A DNA stretch of 52,768 nucleotides from Calditrichia bacterium (GTDB taxonomy: Bacteria > Calditrichota > Calditrichia > JAJRVZ01), in NCBI GenBank assembly GCA_963777955.1, contig CAVZSQ010000006.1:1-52768 (forward strand). The letters run 5' to 3'. This document shows, in pieces, positions 1-9,991 of the stretch. The position numbers were made by a program, and so were the translations under genes. The notes beneath the pieces are model-generated. The model was given only the letters and a program-made list of their open reading frames with translations, searched no databases and was not told where the DNA came from. Every line of letters begins with the position of its first letter. Positions within the stretch are counted from its first letter, which is position 1.

Positions 1-2
1 GG

Positions 3-542
3 ATGAAAAACAGCGAGGCAAAAAATCTTGTCGGCTGCTGCGGGCTGTATTGCGGGTTATGCAATAAGTACCAGTCAACCGCAGCGAGCAGATGCATCGG
101 CTGCAAACCGGGTGAGCAGCATTCCTGGTGCAGTATCTGGAACTGCTGTGTAAAGAAGCACGGATTTGAGACCTGTACTGAATGCAGTGAAATATTTAAT
201 TGTGTCATCTTTACCAGAAGAAAAGTTACGGAGTGGATTCCGGCAGCTGATAATTTACACCAAATTGCCACTACCGGTCAGGAGAACTGGCTGAAAGAAC
301 AAAAAGAAAGACAGAAACTGGTAGAAGAATTACTCCATAATTATAATGAAGGCCGCTCAACAAGTTTTTACTGTAAAGTCTGTGCCAGGATGTCAATTGA
401 ATTGATTAACAAAACGATAAAGGAATCAAAGAAAAAATTTGCCAGCGAAAAAGTCGATGCCTCTGATCTGAAATCAAAGGCCAGGATTTTGAAAGCGACA
501 TTTACTGACTTAGCATTAAAGACTAATATTAATTTGGATTAA
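3..542 (+). CDS. DUF3795-family cysteine-rich protein
   Basis: N-terminal CCGLYCGLC...CIGC...CSIWNCC...CTEC..C pattern typical of DUF3795. Confidence 0.75.
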   Translation: MKNSEAKNLVGCCGLYCGLCNKYQSTAASRCIGCKPGEQHSWCSIWNCCVKKHGFETCTECSEIFNCVIFTRRKVTEWIPAADNLHQIATTGQENWLKEQKERQKLVEELLHNYNEGRSTSFYCKVCARMSIELINKTIKESKKKFASEKVDASDLKSKARILKATFTDLALKTNINLD

Positions 543-572
543 ATGCTCCGCAGAAACATTTTTTCAATTCGC

Positions 573-708
573 GAATTTATGTTTGAGTCCGGCGGTAGCC
601 GGACGAGTTTAAATTCGCGAAGGGCATTTTTGCCTGTTCCCCGCCTGCGCGGGGACAAGTTTTGGCCAGATAATTAAAGCTGCCCCCGCGAAAGCGGGGG
701 TAGGTCGC
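573..708. repeat. ~135-bp multi-hairpin dispersed repeat, copy 1
   Basis: 573-625 is identical to 1902-1954 and 632-668 is identical to 1961-1997. Three hairpins: GTCCGGC-GGTA-GCCGGAC inside TTCGCGAATTTA/TAAATTCGCGAA, CCCCGC-CT-GCGCGGGG, and CCCCCGC-GAAA-GCGGGGG. Confidence 0.9.
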
Positions 709-882
709 CAAAGGCGAAATTGAAAGATTTAATGATCAGAAAAGTCAAACTAATTATAACAATATAGTTTAACTGGATACTTGAATTTGAAATCTCAAAA
801 AGTAAATTTTATTTCAATTGCTGTTTGCCATCATCTTTTTATATAAGTATGCATTTGTTATGTTATCTTCACACTTAGAACG

Positions 883-1777
883 ATGAAAGATAAATTGAAC
901 AACTTAAAATTAGTACTAATTTATTTTCTCACTTTTATAATACTTTCTTGTTCTTTTGAAGGTAATTGCGAACAGCCAATTAAAATAATGACATTTAATA
1001 TCCGGGTAGACGTACCATCCGACAGCCTGAATTCCTGGCCGTATAGAAAAGCCAAGGCGGCCAGTATGATCCGCTTTCACCAGGCAGATATTGTCGGCCT
1101 TCAGGAGGCCCTGGCCGGACAGTTAGAAGATTTAGCCGCAGGTTTGCCTGATTATGATTGGTTCGGGGTTGGACGGGATGACGGTCATGATCAGGGCGAG
1201 TTTATGGCTATTTTCTACTTAAAAAAACGCTTCCAGGTTATTAAGCAGTCTACCTTCTGGTTGTCAGAAACTCCGCAGATTCCCGGCAAGGGCTGGGATG
1301 CCGCCTGCAATCGTATCGTCACCTGGGGTGAATTCAAAGACAATATAACCGGCAAAGTATTTTATCATTTCAATACCCATTTTGACCATATGGGCGAAAT
1401 TGCCCGGCAGGAGAGTGCTAAATTGCTTCTTGAAATCTATAAAGAACATTGCCGGCAATTCTGCTGTAATCGTTAGCGGTGATTTTAATTCAACCCCGGA
1501 TTCGCCCACTTATCAGATTCTTACTCAGAATTTAAAGACTGAATCAGAAATAAGATTATTTGATACTAAACTTGTTTCTCTCAATCCTCACCATGGCCCG
1601 GATGGTACATTTACGGGATTTAAATTGTCAGCTTTAACAGAAAAAAGTGAACCAATTGATTATATTCTCGTAACCAGGAATATAAAAGTTATAAATCACG
1701 GTACACTTTCAGATACATTCAATGGTTTCTTTCCCTCAGACCATCTGCCGGTTTTAGCTGAAATTGTTATTGATTAA
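883..1777 (+). CDS. Endonuclease/exonuclease/phosphatase (EEP) family secreted protein, frameshift near 1430
   Basis: MTFNIR, DIVGLQE and FNTHFDH in ORF 883-1476; GDFNS, IDYIL and PSDHLPV in overlapping ORF 1382-1777; N-terminal lipoprotein-like signal. Confidence 0.9.
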
Positions 1778-1901
1778 ATGAGTCAATCTATTAATATATT
1801 CTGAGTCTTAATTTAAAGAATATACAAATGAAGTCTTATAATATATTTCGGATTTTTCAAACATGGCGCAATGATCATAAATATGAGATGTTTTTTATTC
1901 G

Positions 1902-2035
1902 GAATTTATGTTTGAGTCCGGCGGTAGCCGGACGAGTTTAAATTCGCGAAGGGCCTATTCGCCTGTTCCCCGCCTGCGCGGGGACAAGTTTTGGCCAAAT
2001 AATTAAGTCGCCCTGCGAAAGCGAGGATAGATCGC
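1902..2035. repeat. ~135-bp multi-hairpin dispersed repeat, copy 2
   Basis: Direct repeat of 573-708 (offset 1329); third hairpin degenerate (CCCTGCGAAAGCGAGG). Confidence 0.9.
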
Positions 2036-2241
2036 AGAAGTTAATATATAAAAATTAATCGGCCGCTTTTTAATACCAAAAGGAGTGAATAAACGCGGTT
2101 TATTTTGAATTTAAAATATTCTACCTGTATCTTTTTAAGTACTAAAAACACCCTTTAAGGCTGATTTTTTATGAATTTTAAAATTTAAGTTCAATAAAAA
2201 CAATTTAAAATCCGGGTCCGACCCCACAATCGAGGTAAGAT

Positions 2242-4203
2242 ATGGAAAGATTCATAAGGTTTTTACTCCTTCTGCTGCCTGGCAACAGGAACGCACTCGT
2301 CCTGGCCCAGGACGAGTATGTGACCCCCGCAGAGAACCTGGTTGTCGAAGGTGTGCCAGGCATACCTGTGGCCATGGCCGAAGAGATCGACCGCTACACT
2401 GAATTCCGCTATGCCGGTCTGGCCAACTGGCATCCGCTGCGCCGTGAAATGCTGATCGGCACCCGTTTCGCCGAAACCAGCCAAATCCACCTGGTCAAAT
2501 TTCCCGGCGGTGCCCGTACCCAACTCACCTTTTTCAAAGACCGCGCCGGCGGTGCAACTTATCAGCCGGTCAAGGGGGATTACTTCGTTTTCAGTAAAGC
2601 CAGCGGCGGCAACGAACAATATCAAAAATACCGCTACGATATTAAATCCGGCGCGATTACACTGTTAACCGACGGTAAATCCAGAAACACCGGCGGAGTT
2701 TGGTCGAATAGCGGTGATAAATATGCTTACGAATCAACCCGGCGCAACGGCGAAGACCTGGATATCTGGCTGATGAATCCCGCGGCCCCTGAAGGCGATT
2801 CCCCGGCGGGGAATCGCATGCTGTCACAACTCAAAGGCGGCGGCTGGGGTGTCTACGAATTCTCCCCCGACGATAAACAACTGCTGGTCGGCGAATATAT
2901 CTCGGCCAATGAGAGTTACCTGTGGCTGATGGATGCCGCGACTGGAAACAAAAAGTTAATCACACCCAAACGCGGTAAAGAAAAAATTCTCTACAGCGGG
3001 GCGCAGTTCAGTAAGGACGGCAAAGGACTTTATGTCACCACCGACCGTGAATCGGAATTCCAGCGGCTGGCCTATATTGATCTGGCCACCAAGAAACATG
3101 TTTACCTGACCACCGCGATCAACTGGGATGTGGAGTTTTTTACCCTTTCCTGGGACGGAAAGATCATTGCTTTTGTAACCAACGAGGACGGTTTGAGCGT
3201 ATTGCATCTGTATGACACCGCCCAGCGTAAAGAAATGCCCGCGCCGAAATTGCCGGCCGGGGTTATAGGTTCGCTGGAATGGCACCGCAATGACTGTGAT
3301 CTGGGCTTCGGCCTGGAATCGGCCCGCAGCACCTACGATATTTATTCGCTCAATGTACAAAACGGGAAAATCGACCGCTGGACCGAAAGCGAAACGGGCG
3401 GGATCAATACGCAGGAGTTTTCCGAACCGGAAGTTATACATTGGAAAACCTTCGACGGTAAAATGATCTCCGGTTTATACTTTAAGACGCCGGCGAAATT
3501 TACCGGCAGCCGGCCGGTTATTATCGACATTCACGGCGGACCGGAAGGCCAGTCGCGGCCCTGGTTTCAGAGCGAGAATAATTATTTCATTAATGAGCTG
3601 GGGATCGTCGTTATTCAGCCAAACGTGCGCGGTTCATCCGGTTACGGCAAGACTTTTTTGAAGTTAGACAACGGTTTTTTACGCGAGGATTCGTATAAAG
3701 ATATTGCGGCTTTGCTCGATTGGATCAAGACGCGTCCTGAACTGGATACCAGCCGGATCATGGTCACCGGCGGAAGTTACGGCGGGCACATGACCCTGGC
3801 TATTGCCACATTCTATCCCCAGCGGATTCGCTGTGCGCTTGATGTCGTGGGCATATCGAACCTGGTGACCTTCCTGGAAAATACCTCGGCATACCGTCGT
3901 GATTTGCGGCGCGTCGAATACGGTGACGAGCGCGATAAGAAAATGCGCGAGTTTCTGAACCGTATCGCCCCGCTGAACAACGCCGAAAAAATCGTCAAAC
4001 CGCTTTTTGTCGTACAGGGCGGCAATGATCCGCGAGTACCTTTGAGCGAAGCCCAGCAGATAGTGCAAACCGTACGAAAAAACGGCATACCGATATGGTA
4101 CCTGATGGCCAAAGACGAAGGTCACGGTTTTGCCAAGAAAAAGAACCGTGATTTTCAACTCTATGCCACCGTGCTGTTTATCAAAGAGTATTTGCTTAAA
4201 TGA
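2242..4203 (+). CDS. S9 family prolyl oligopeptidase / acylaminoacyl peptidase
   Basis: Beta-propeller N-terminus, IHGGPE, NVRGSSGYG, GGSYGG nucleophile, ND PRV and DEGHG catalytic motifs. Confidence 0.92.
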   Translation: MERFIRFLLLLLPGNRNALVLAQDEYVTPAENLVVEGVPGIPVAMAEEIDRYTEFRYAGLANWHPLRREMLIGTRFAETSQIHLVKFPGGARTQLTFFKDRAGGATYQPVKGDYFVFSKASGGNEQYQKYRYDIKSGAITLLTDGKSRNTGGVWSNSGDKYAYESTRRNGEDLDIWLMNPAAPEGDSPAGNRMLSQLKGGGWGVYEFSPDDKQLLVGEYISANESYLWLMDAATGNKKLITPKRGKEKILYSGAQFSKDGKGLYVTTDRESEFQRLAYIDLATKKHVYLTTAINWDVEFFTLSWDGKIIAFVTNEDGLSVLHLYDTAQRKEMPAPKLPAGVIGSLEWHRNDCDLGFGLESARSTYDIYSLNVQNGKIDRWTESETGGINTQEFSEPEVIHWKTFDGKMISGLYFKTPAKFTGSRPVIIDIHGGPEGQSRPWFQSENNYFINELGIVVIQPNVRGSSGYGKTFLKLDNGFLREDSYKDIAALLDWIKTRPELDTSRIMVTGGSYGGHMTLAIATFYPQRIRCALDVVGISNLVTFLENTSAYRRDLRRVEYGDERDKKMREFLNRIAPLNNAEKIVKPLFVVQGGNDPRVPLSEAQQIVQTVRKNGIPIWYLMAKDEGHGFAKKKNRDFQLYATVLFIKEYLLK

Positions 4204-4232
4204 TAATTGCCGGTCAAGAAGGAGGATATAAA

Positions 4233-4733
4233 GTGAAGAAACAATATATCTTTTTCATTTTATCAGTGAGTTTGCTTCTTTTAGTATGCCAGGATTCTCC
4301 GGTTGAATCTGAAGACCAGTTCGTCAAAATATATTTCAAGTACGGTTTCAGAAATGAACTCAACACGTTTACTAAAACCTTTCAAAAAGATTTGATTATG
4401 GATGGAGTCATAAAAGTAGAATTCTGGTTGACCGCAGTCGAGCAGAACAGCATCCTGGAAAAAGCAAATGCTCTGAATTATTTTACTATGCCTGATACCT
4501 TTAAATATATTTCTTGGGACAGTATTAATGTTTCTATCGATCCGGATCCGGGAGAGCAGATATTACGTATTCAATATCGATCGCTGGATAAAACAATTAT
4601 CTGGACTTATCCGCCGGTGGAAAACAATGGTCAGTTTAATGAATTATTAGAACTGCAAAAATTTATCATTACAATAATCGAATCAAAACCGGAATATAAA
4701 GAATTGCCACCTGCCCGGGGTGGTTATGTGTAA
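4233..4733 (+). CDS. Hypothetical lipoprotein/exported protein
   Basis: GTG start after GGAGG RBS; hydrophobic signal ending in Cys (LLLVC); AT-rich. Confidence 0.65.
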   Translation: MKKQYIFFILSVSLLLLVCQDSPVESEDQFVKIYFKYGFRNELNTFTKTFQKDLIMDGVIKVEFWLTAVEQNSILEKANALNYFTMPDTFKYISWDSINVSIDPDPGEQILRIQYRSLDKTIIWTYPPVENNGQFNELLELQKFIITIIESKPEYKELPPARGGYV

Positions 4734-4839
4734 TGGTCAACATAACGGGTATATATTTAGAGATAAAATATTTTATACTTCCGGCATCAGTACTTAATTA
4801 TTTTTCTTTATCTCTACTTATGTGACGATTCCGGTGGCC

Positions 4840-5196
4840 TGGCAGAGGTTTCTCCCTCTGTTCCCAATGAGATTGCTTCGCCCCGACAAATTGGAACTTG
4901 CAATGACCGCTTTCCCACACACCCCGTCTCCCCGACAAAGTCGGGGATCCACCCCTCTCGAGAGGGGAAACTTAGTGTCTGTCTATCGCCAGATCTTCGA
5001 CATGCCCGGGATGACTGCGATGGTGTAATTATATTCAGGATTTTTAGATTCCCGCCTGTATTACACTCATGCCTGCTACACATTCAACGGGAATGACACT
5101 CTGTCTCTTTGTCTCTTTATCTTTTCTTTCTAAGTGCCTAAGTGCCTAAGTGCCTTATTTACTCAGGGACTCAGGGACTTAGGTACTAAGGTACTT
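4840..5196. repeat. Intergenic mosaic of REP/RPE-like palindromes and octamer tandem repeats
   Basis: GAGATTGCTTCG...GCAATGAC (4869-4908), CCCCGAC-AAA-GTCGGGG (4930-4946), CCCCTCTCGAGAGGGG, AGATTCCCG...CGGGAATGACA (5046-5098), TGTCTCTT repeats, (TAAGTGCC)x3, (ACTCAGGG)x2. Confidence 0.8.
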
Positions 5197-5285
5197 TAAA
5201 TAAAGCTTGCTATCTGCAATTATAATTTGTTATTTTCATGACCATATTCTTGTGAATGCTGCTACAAATCCTATAAGGAGCATAT

Positions 5286-6335
5286 ATGGCTTACCGCATT
5301 GCCCTGGATGCCATGGGGGGGGATCATGCACCGGTGGAAACCATTCGGGGCGCCATCAGAGCCGCCGAAGCGAATAACGACATCGAAATCGTACTGATCG
5401 GGGATCAGCGACAGATCGAAAATGAGCTGCACCAGGCTCAGTGCAGTATCCCCTTCGAAATTATTCACACTGACGAATGGGTGGGTATGGGCGAAGATCC
5501 CAAAGAGGCCGTCCATATCAAAGAACGGGCCAGTATCAATATTGCCGCACAACTGCTGCGGGATAATAATGTATCCGCTGTGGTCAGTGCCGGCAATACC
5601 GGCGCCACGATTCTCTCCGCCGCCAAATACATTCCGGTAATAGATGGCATCGAACGCACTGCTCTGGCCACCATTTACCCCACAACCAAGTTCGAAAAAA
5701 CCAATCGCGGCTTCGGGCTGATGCTCGACGTGGGCGCCACCCTGCATTGCAGCGCCAAACAACTGGTCCATTTCGCCTTTATGGGCAACTATTATTTGTC
5801 CGAAGCCCTGGGCGTCGAAAAGCCGCGCATTGGCCTGCTGAATATCGGCGAGGAGGCGACCAAAGGGGGCGATGTACTCAAAAAAACCTATCAACTGCTC
5901 AAGAAAGCCGATGAACTGAATTTCATCGGCAATATCGAAGGTAAAGATATTCCCCAGGGGGTGGCCGATGTGGTGGTCACCGAAGGATTTATCGGAAATG
6001 TGGTGTTAAAAATGCTGGAAGGGGTGGCCGAGGTGGTCAAGGAAACCGGCAAGTACGCCTTCAGGAAAAAACTGACCTGGAAACTGGGCTTGATGCTGTT
6101 AGCCCCCGGGATCAGAAAACTTCGCCGGCGTACAGATTACACCGAATACGGCGGTGCACCGATCCTGGGTTTTAAAAAACTGGCCATCAAAGCTCATGGC
6201 CGCTCCAATGCTAAAGCAATTGCCAGCGCTATTCGCGTGGCTGCCGATTCATCACGCCGGAATATCTGCGAAAAGATCGAGGAATCCATCACCGCCTTTA
6301 ATCAGCGTCATGCCCTGGAGCTGAATGAAGTTTAG
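5286..6335 (+). CDS. plsX: Phosphate acyltransferase PlsX
   Basis: IALDAMGGDHAP, VVSAGNTGA, LLNIGEEATKG, NFIGNIEG, YGGAPILG, KAHGRS. Confidence 0.96.
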   Translation: MAYRIALDAMGGDHAPVETIRGAIRAAEANNDIEIVLIGDQRQIENELHQAQCSIPFEIIHTDEWVGMGEDPKEAVHIKERASINIAAQLLRDNNVSAVVSAGNTGATILSAAKYIPVIDGIERTALATIYPTTKFEKTNRGFGLMLDVGATLHCSAKQLVHFAFMGNYYLSEALGVEKPRIGLLNIGEEATKGGDVLKKTYQLLKKADELNFIGNIEGKDIPQGVADVVVTEGFIGNVVLKMLEGVAEVVKETGKYAFRKKLTWKLGLMLLAPGIRKLRRRTDYTEYGGAPILGFKKLAIKAHGRSNAKAIASAIRVAADSSRRNICEKIEESITAFNQRHALELNEV

Positions 6336-7018
6336 TTGTCCTCTGCCGCGACCCTTCTTTCCCAGCGGCTGTCCAGTTTAATCTTATCCGTCGTTAATGG
6401 CGAATTCAGTTTAATATATTCCCGCAGCGCATCACGCAGCAGAATCCCCGTTCTGATCACCTTGACCGGTTCAAGACCGGTTAACATTGCGAAGCCGGCA
6501 TTACCGTCAGCCAGGTAATCGGTAGTAACAATCTTATACTCCTTTTGCGGATAGCAGGGATACTCTCCTACCTGAAAATAGTTCAGGCGATGAAGATTGG
6601 GACGGGACATATCATACTCCACTTTACCCCCGGCAATAGCCAGGCCCAGCCGCACACCGCTGATATTGTACTCAACCAATTTCTGCAGAAACTCACCATT
6701 AACTTCAATTATTACCAGCGTACGCTCAAAAGGAATTAAGCGGTATAAATCCACAGCAGTTATTGGTCCTGCTTCAAAATCTGCGTGAATATCTCCATAA
6801 TTTATAAACGCAAAATCCGTACTGGTTTGCCAGAGCATGATATCGCAAATCAGGTTATTCATGGTGGATTCCCCTTTAGACGAGCGGATCAGATTGACCT
6901 CTGTCTGCCCGACCGGAATATTCCATTTGAGTTGATCTTTCTTTTGCTCACCCGGTTGACCTGCAGCGATAGCAGATTGCAGGGTAAACAGGGCCGTGAT
7001 CAACAGTATGTTTTTCAT
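6332..7018 (-). CDS. Stand-alone secreted 5'-nucleotidase C-terminal (substrate-binding) domain protein
   Basis: ESTMNNLICD, DFAFINYGDI..GPIT..LY..IPF, YKIVTTDYLADG; signal peptide; no metallophosphoesterase domain. Confidence 0.8.
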   Translation of the reverse strand: MKNILLITALFTLQSAIAAGQPGEQKKDQLKWNIPVGQTEVNLIRSSKGESTMNNLICDIMLWQTSTDFAFINYGDIHADFEAGPITAVDLYRLIPFERTLVIIEVNGEFLQKLVEYNISGVRLGLAIAGGKVEYDMSRPNLHRLNYFQVGEYPCYPQKEYKIVTTDYLADGNAGFAMLTGLEPVKVIRTGILLRDALREYIKLNSPLTTDKIKLDSRWERRVAAEDN

Positions 7019-7040
7019 CGGAATATCCTCTTCTGTAATT

Positions 7041-7929
7041 TTACCATTTTCTTACAATATAAATGCCGCCAAAAATAAATAGCAATCCCAGCACCAGCAA
7101 AGAACTTATACTTTCATCCAGGATTATCCAGCCCCAGATCAAAGCCAGCGGCGGAGTGACATAGGTAATCATCGACATCATGATCACCGATGTATGCTTC
7201 ATCATCCAGAAATACATCACAAACGCAATCGATGTACCAAAAAGCCCCAGGTACAAGATCGAAAAAATCGCCCGGGCATCAAATACAGGATGAGTATTCT
7301 GTTCCACAAACCAGACTTAAAATGAAAAAAAATACCGAAGAATAGAACAGCGGCAGGGTATTCAGCACAAAGGGATTCATGCGCAGGGTTGCCTTTTTGC
7401 CCATGATCGCACCGACCGCCGAAAAAAGCGGGGCAATTAAAACCGCCAGCATGCCGTAAAACACTTTTTGATCCATGGCTTTGATGTCCAGCTGATCACC
7501 AAAGATGATAATCAATCCGGCAAAGCCCAGACTTACGCCCAGAATTTTTTGCCAACCGATTTTATCCTGTGGAAATAAACGCCAGGACAGGATCAGCACA
7601 TAGAAAGGCATGATAGAAAACAACACACTGGTTAAACCAGACGGAATATACTGCTCGCCCCAGTAGACAAAGGCATAGCCGCCGGTAAAATTTATCATGC
7701 CAAAAGCCAGGAAGAAAAGATGCTCACGGACAGATTGGGGGAATTTTATTTTCTGCAGACGGATATAGATCGCCAAAAACAGAAAGGCCACAAAAAACCG
7801 GATACCCAGAGATAAGAAAGGCGGCAGGGACTGCAGTCCGACTTTAATGGCCAGCCAGGTCGAACTCCAGATCAGGCTGAGTGAAATGAAAATCCCGGCC
7901 GGAAGATATTTACGATATCGCTCTTCCAT
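7041..7929 (-). CDS. EamA/DMT family transporter, frameshift near 7290
   Basis: LIWSSTWLAIK, PPF...RF and WGEQYIPSGL in 7279-7944; LYLGLFGTSIAF and GWIILDE in 7041-7307. Confidence 0.88.
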
Positions 7930-8030
7930 CTGAAAATTTAACAAATTTTAACAAACAAATGAAATCTGATAGTTATTATTTTCTCTTCCGGATTATAATA
8001 ATATGATTGTCGAACTTATCGCCTGATATA

Positions 8031-8057
8031 AGATTCCTCGCTACGCTCGGAATGACA
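8031..8057. repeat. REP-like palindrome AGATTCCTCG-CTACG-CTCGGAATGACA
   Basis: Same AGATTCC...GGAATGACA end signature as the elements at 5046-5098 and 44651-44703. Confidence 0.7.
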
Positions 8058-8172
8058 GATTGTGCAAAATATTTCATATATATTTTTCGTTCATAAGATA
8101 AATTCATTAATTTATTTTATGAATTTTTAATGGTATTTTACCCGGTAACTATACATATCACCTGAAAGATAT

Positions 8173-9933
8173 ATGAAAAGCACGCTGAAGCATAAAACCA
8201 GATTATCAAAATCCAGGTTGAGTGATAGAACATTCATTATGGATTATATGCATATTAAGAAGGATTTGCAGGATAAAATCGCTGCCATGCTGCAGATCCA
8301 GATCGAAGTTTTTCATTATAAAAAAGCCTTGATCCTGGTCATGGACAATAATAGCGTCTGGCAGGTATTGTTACAATCAGATAAGAAATCTTATAGTACT
8401 TTTTTATGTCCACTGCCGAAGGCCTTCGGTAAAAAACATATTCTGATCCGGAAAGACCTGTCGGCTGCCAAATCGACATTAAAATCGCTCTTTGAATTCT
8501 TCAACATTCACCTGCTTGTTCCAATAAGTACCGAGAAAAATTACCGCATGTTTATGGCTCTGTCTTCTGCTGCCAGGGTGTTTACTTCCCAGCAAACAGA
8601 TCTGGCCAGATTTATTGCCAATTCGATCAGCAACATGATCATGAACGAAAACCTGGTGCACAATCTGGAGAATTACTCGGATCGCATGGAGCGGATGCTG
8701 AAAGAGATGGGCACGCTGCACGAGATCACCCACGCCCTTGAATCGACGGCAAATCTGGATTCTCTTTTGGAATATATTATGAAAAAAAGCCAGGCGATAA
8801 TGCAGGCCCAGGCCGCCTCGCTGATGCTGGTCGTCGAGGGAACCAATGAACTGGAATTCAAAATTGCCCTGGGCCCCAAAGCTACCGGGGTCAAGCCGTT
8901 CCGTTTGCCGATCGGCAAGGGAATTTCCGGCTGGGTTGCCCAGACCGGTGAAGCGGTGCTGATCGCCGATGCTTATTCCGATCCCCGTTTTGACCCGTCT
9001 TTTGACAAGCGCAGCGGATTTATGACCAAATCCATGCTGGTCGTCCCGATGATCCATAAATCCAAAACTATCGGCGTGATGAGTGTGCTGAACCGCTTTG
9101 ATGGCTTGCCCTTCAATGAAAGCGACAAAATGCTTTTTACCATTTTCGCCTCGCAGGCGGCCCTGGTCATCGAGAATGCGCGTTTATTATATGCGGCGAT
9201 CGAAAAGGAAAGGCTGGATAAAGAGTTACAGGTGGCTGCCGAGATTCAACGGATGTTGATTCCCCAGCAAATGCCTGCTCTGCCTTTCCTGGATATTGCG
9301 GCGGCATATCTGCCCTGTAAAGAAGTGGGTGGAGATTTTTACGACATCATGCAGCTGGATGAAAACCGTTTTATTTTTATTATTGCCGATGTCTCCGGTA
9401 AAGGCATACCGGGAGCGATGGTGGTGTCCAATATGCAGGCCACTCTGCGCGGATTATTGCAATACAGTACCGATCTGTTGTCGGTGGTAAAAAGATTGAA
9501 TGAAACCATTATCCGCACGACCATCTCCGGCCGGTTCATTACTTTTTTTATCGGGCTTTATGATCACCGCCAATCGACCATTACCTTTGTTAATGCCGGA
9601 CACAATCCGCCGTTGATCATCGATGATCGCGGCAATATAAAAGAGTTAAGTACCGGAGGTATATTTATCGGCTTTACACCATGGGAATATCAATCCGAGA
9701 CGGTTGCCTTTAATCAGGGCTATACATTCGTCATGTATACCGACGGCCTGGTCGAGTCGATGAACGAACGGGAAGAAGAGTTCGGACTGGATGCACTGAA
9801 AAAAATAATCACCAGCAGCCATCAGAACGGCAGTGCTACTCTGAAAGACGAGATCATCCGCCAGGTGAAAAATCACATCGGTACCAAACCGCTGGAAGAC
9901 GATTTTACCTTGATGATTTCCAGACGGGTATAA
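8173..9933 (+). CDS. GAF-domain SpoIIE/RsbU-type PP2C serine phosphatase
   Basis: GAF (GKGISGWVAQTGE..D.YSDPRF), EVGGDFYD, IADVSGKG, NAGHNPP, YTDGL, DDFT. Confidence 0.92.
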   Translation: MKSTLKHKTRLSKSRLSDRTFIMDYMHIKKDLQDKIAAMLQIQIEVFHYKKALILVMDNNSVWQVLLQSDKKSYSTFLCPLPKAFGKKHILIRKDLSAAKSTLKSLFEFFNIHLLVPISTEKNYRMFMALSSAARVFTSQQTDLARFIANSISNMIMNENLVHNLENYSDRMERMLKEMGTLHEITHALESTANLDSLLEYIMKKSQAIMQAQAASLMLVVEGTNELEFKIALGPKATGVKPFRLPIGKGISGWVAQTGEAVLIADAYSDPRFDPSFDKRSGFMTKSMLVVPMIHKSKTIGVMSVLNRFDGLPFNESDKMLFTIFASQAALVIENARLLYAAIEKERLDKELQVAAEIQRMLIPQQMPALPFLDIAAAYLPCKEVGGDFYDIMQLDENRFIFIIADVSGKGIPGAMVVSNMQATLRGLLQYSTDLLSVVKRLNETIIRTTISGRFITFFIGLYDHRQSTITFVNAGHNPPLIIDDRGNIKELSTGGIFIGFTPWEYQSETVAFNQGYTFVMYTDGLVESMNEREEEFGLDALKKIITSSHQNGSATLKDEIIRQVKNHIGTKPLEDDFTLMISRRV

Positions 9934-9991
9934 TCTGAAAATTGTATATTTATGAATAAATCAATTGTATGCAACTCAGGAGAGCCGACCT

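Noticed and set aside
579..612. Hammerhead ribozyme-like TGAGTCC...GGACGA stem in the 135-bp repeat
   Set aside because: The catalytic core would need CUGAUGA and GAAA; the sequence has UGUUUGA and GAGU, and there is no stem I/III with an NUH site.
573..2035. CRISPR array
   Set aside because: Only two long repeats 1.3 kb apart; no short repeat-spacer periodicity and no cas genes in the window.
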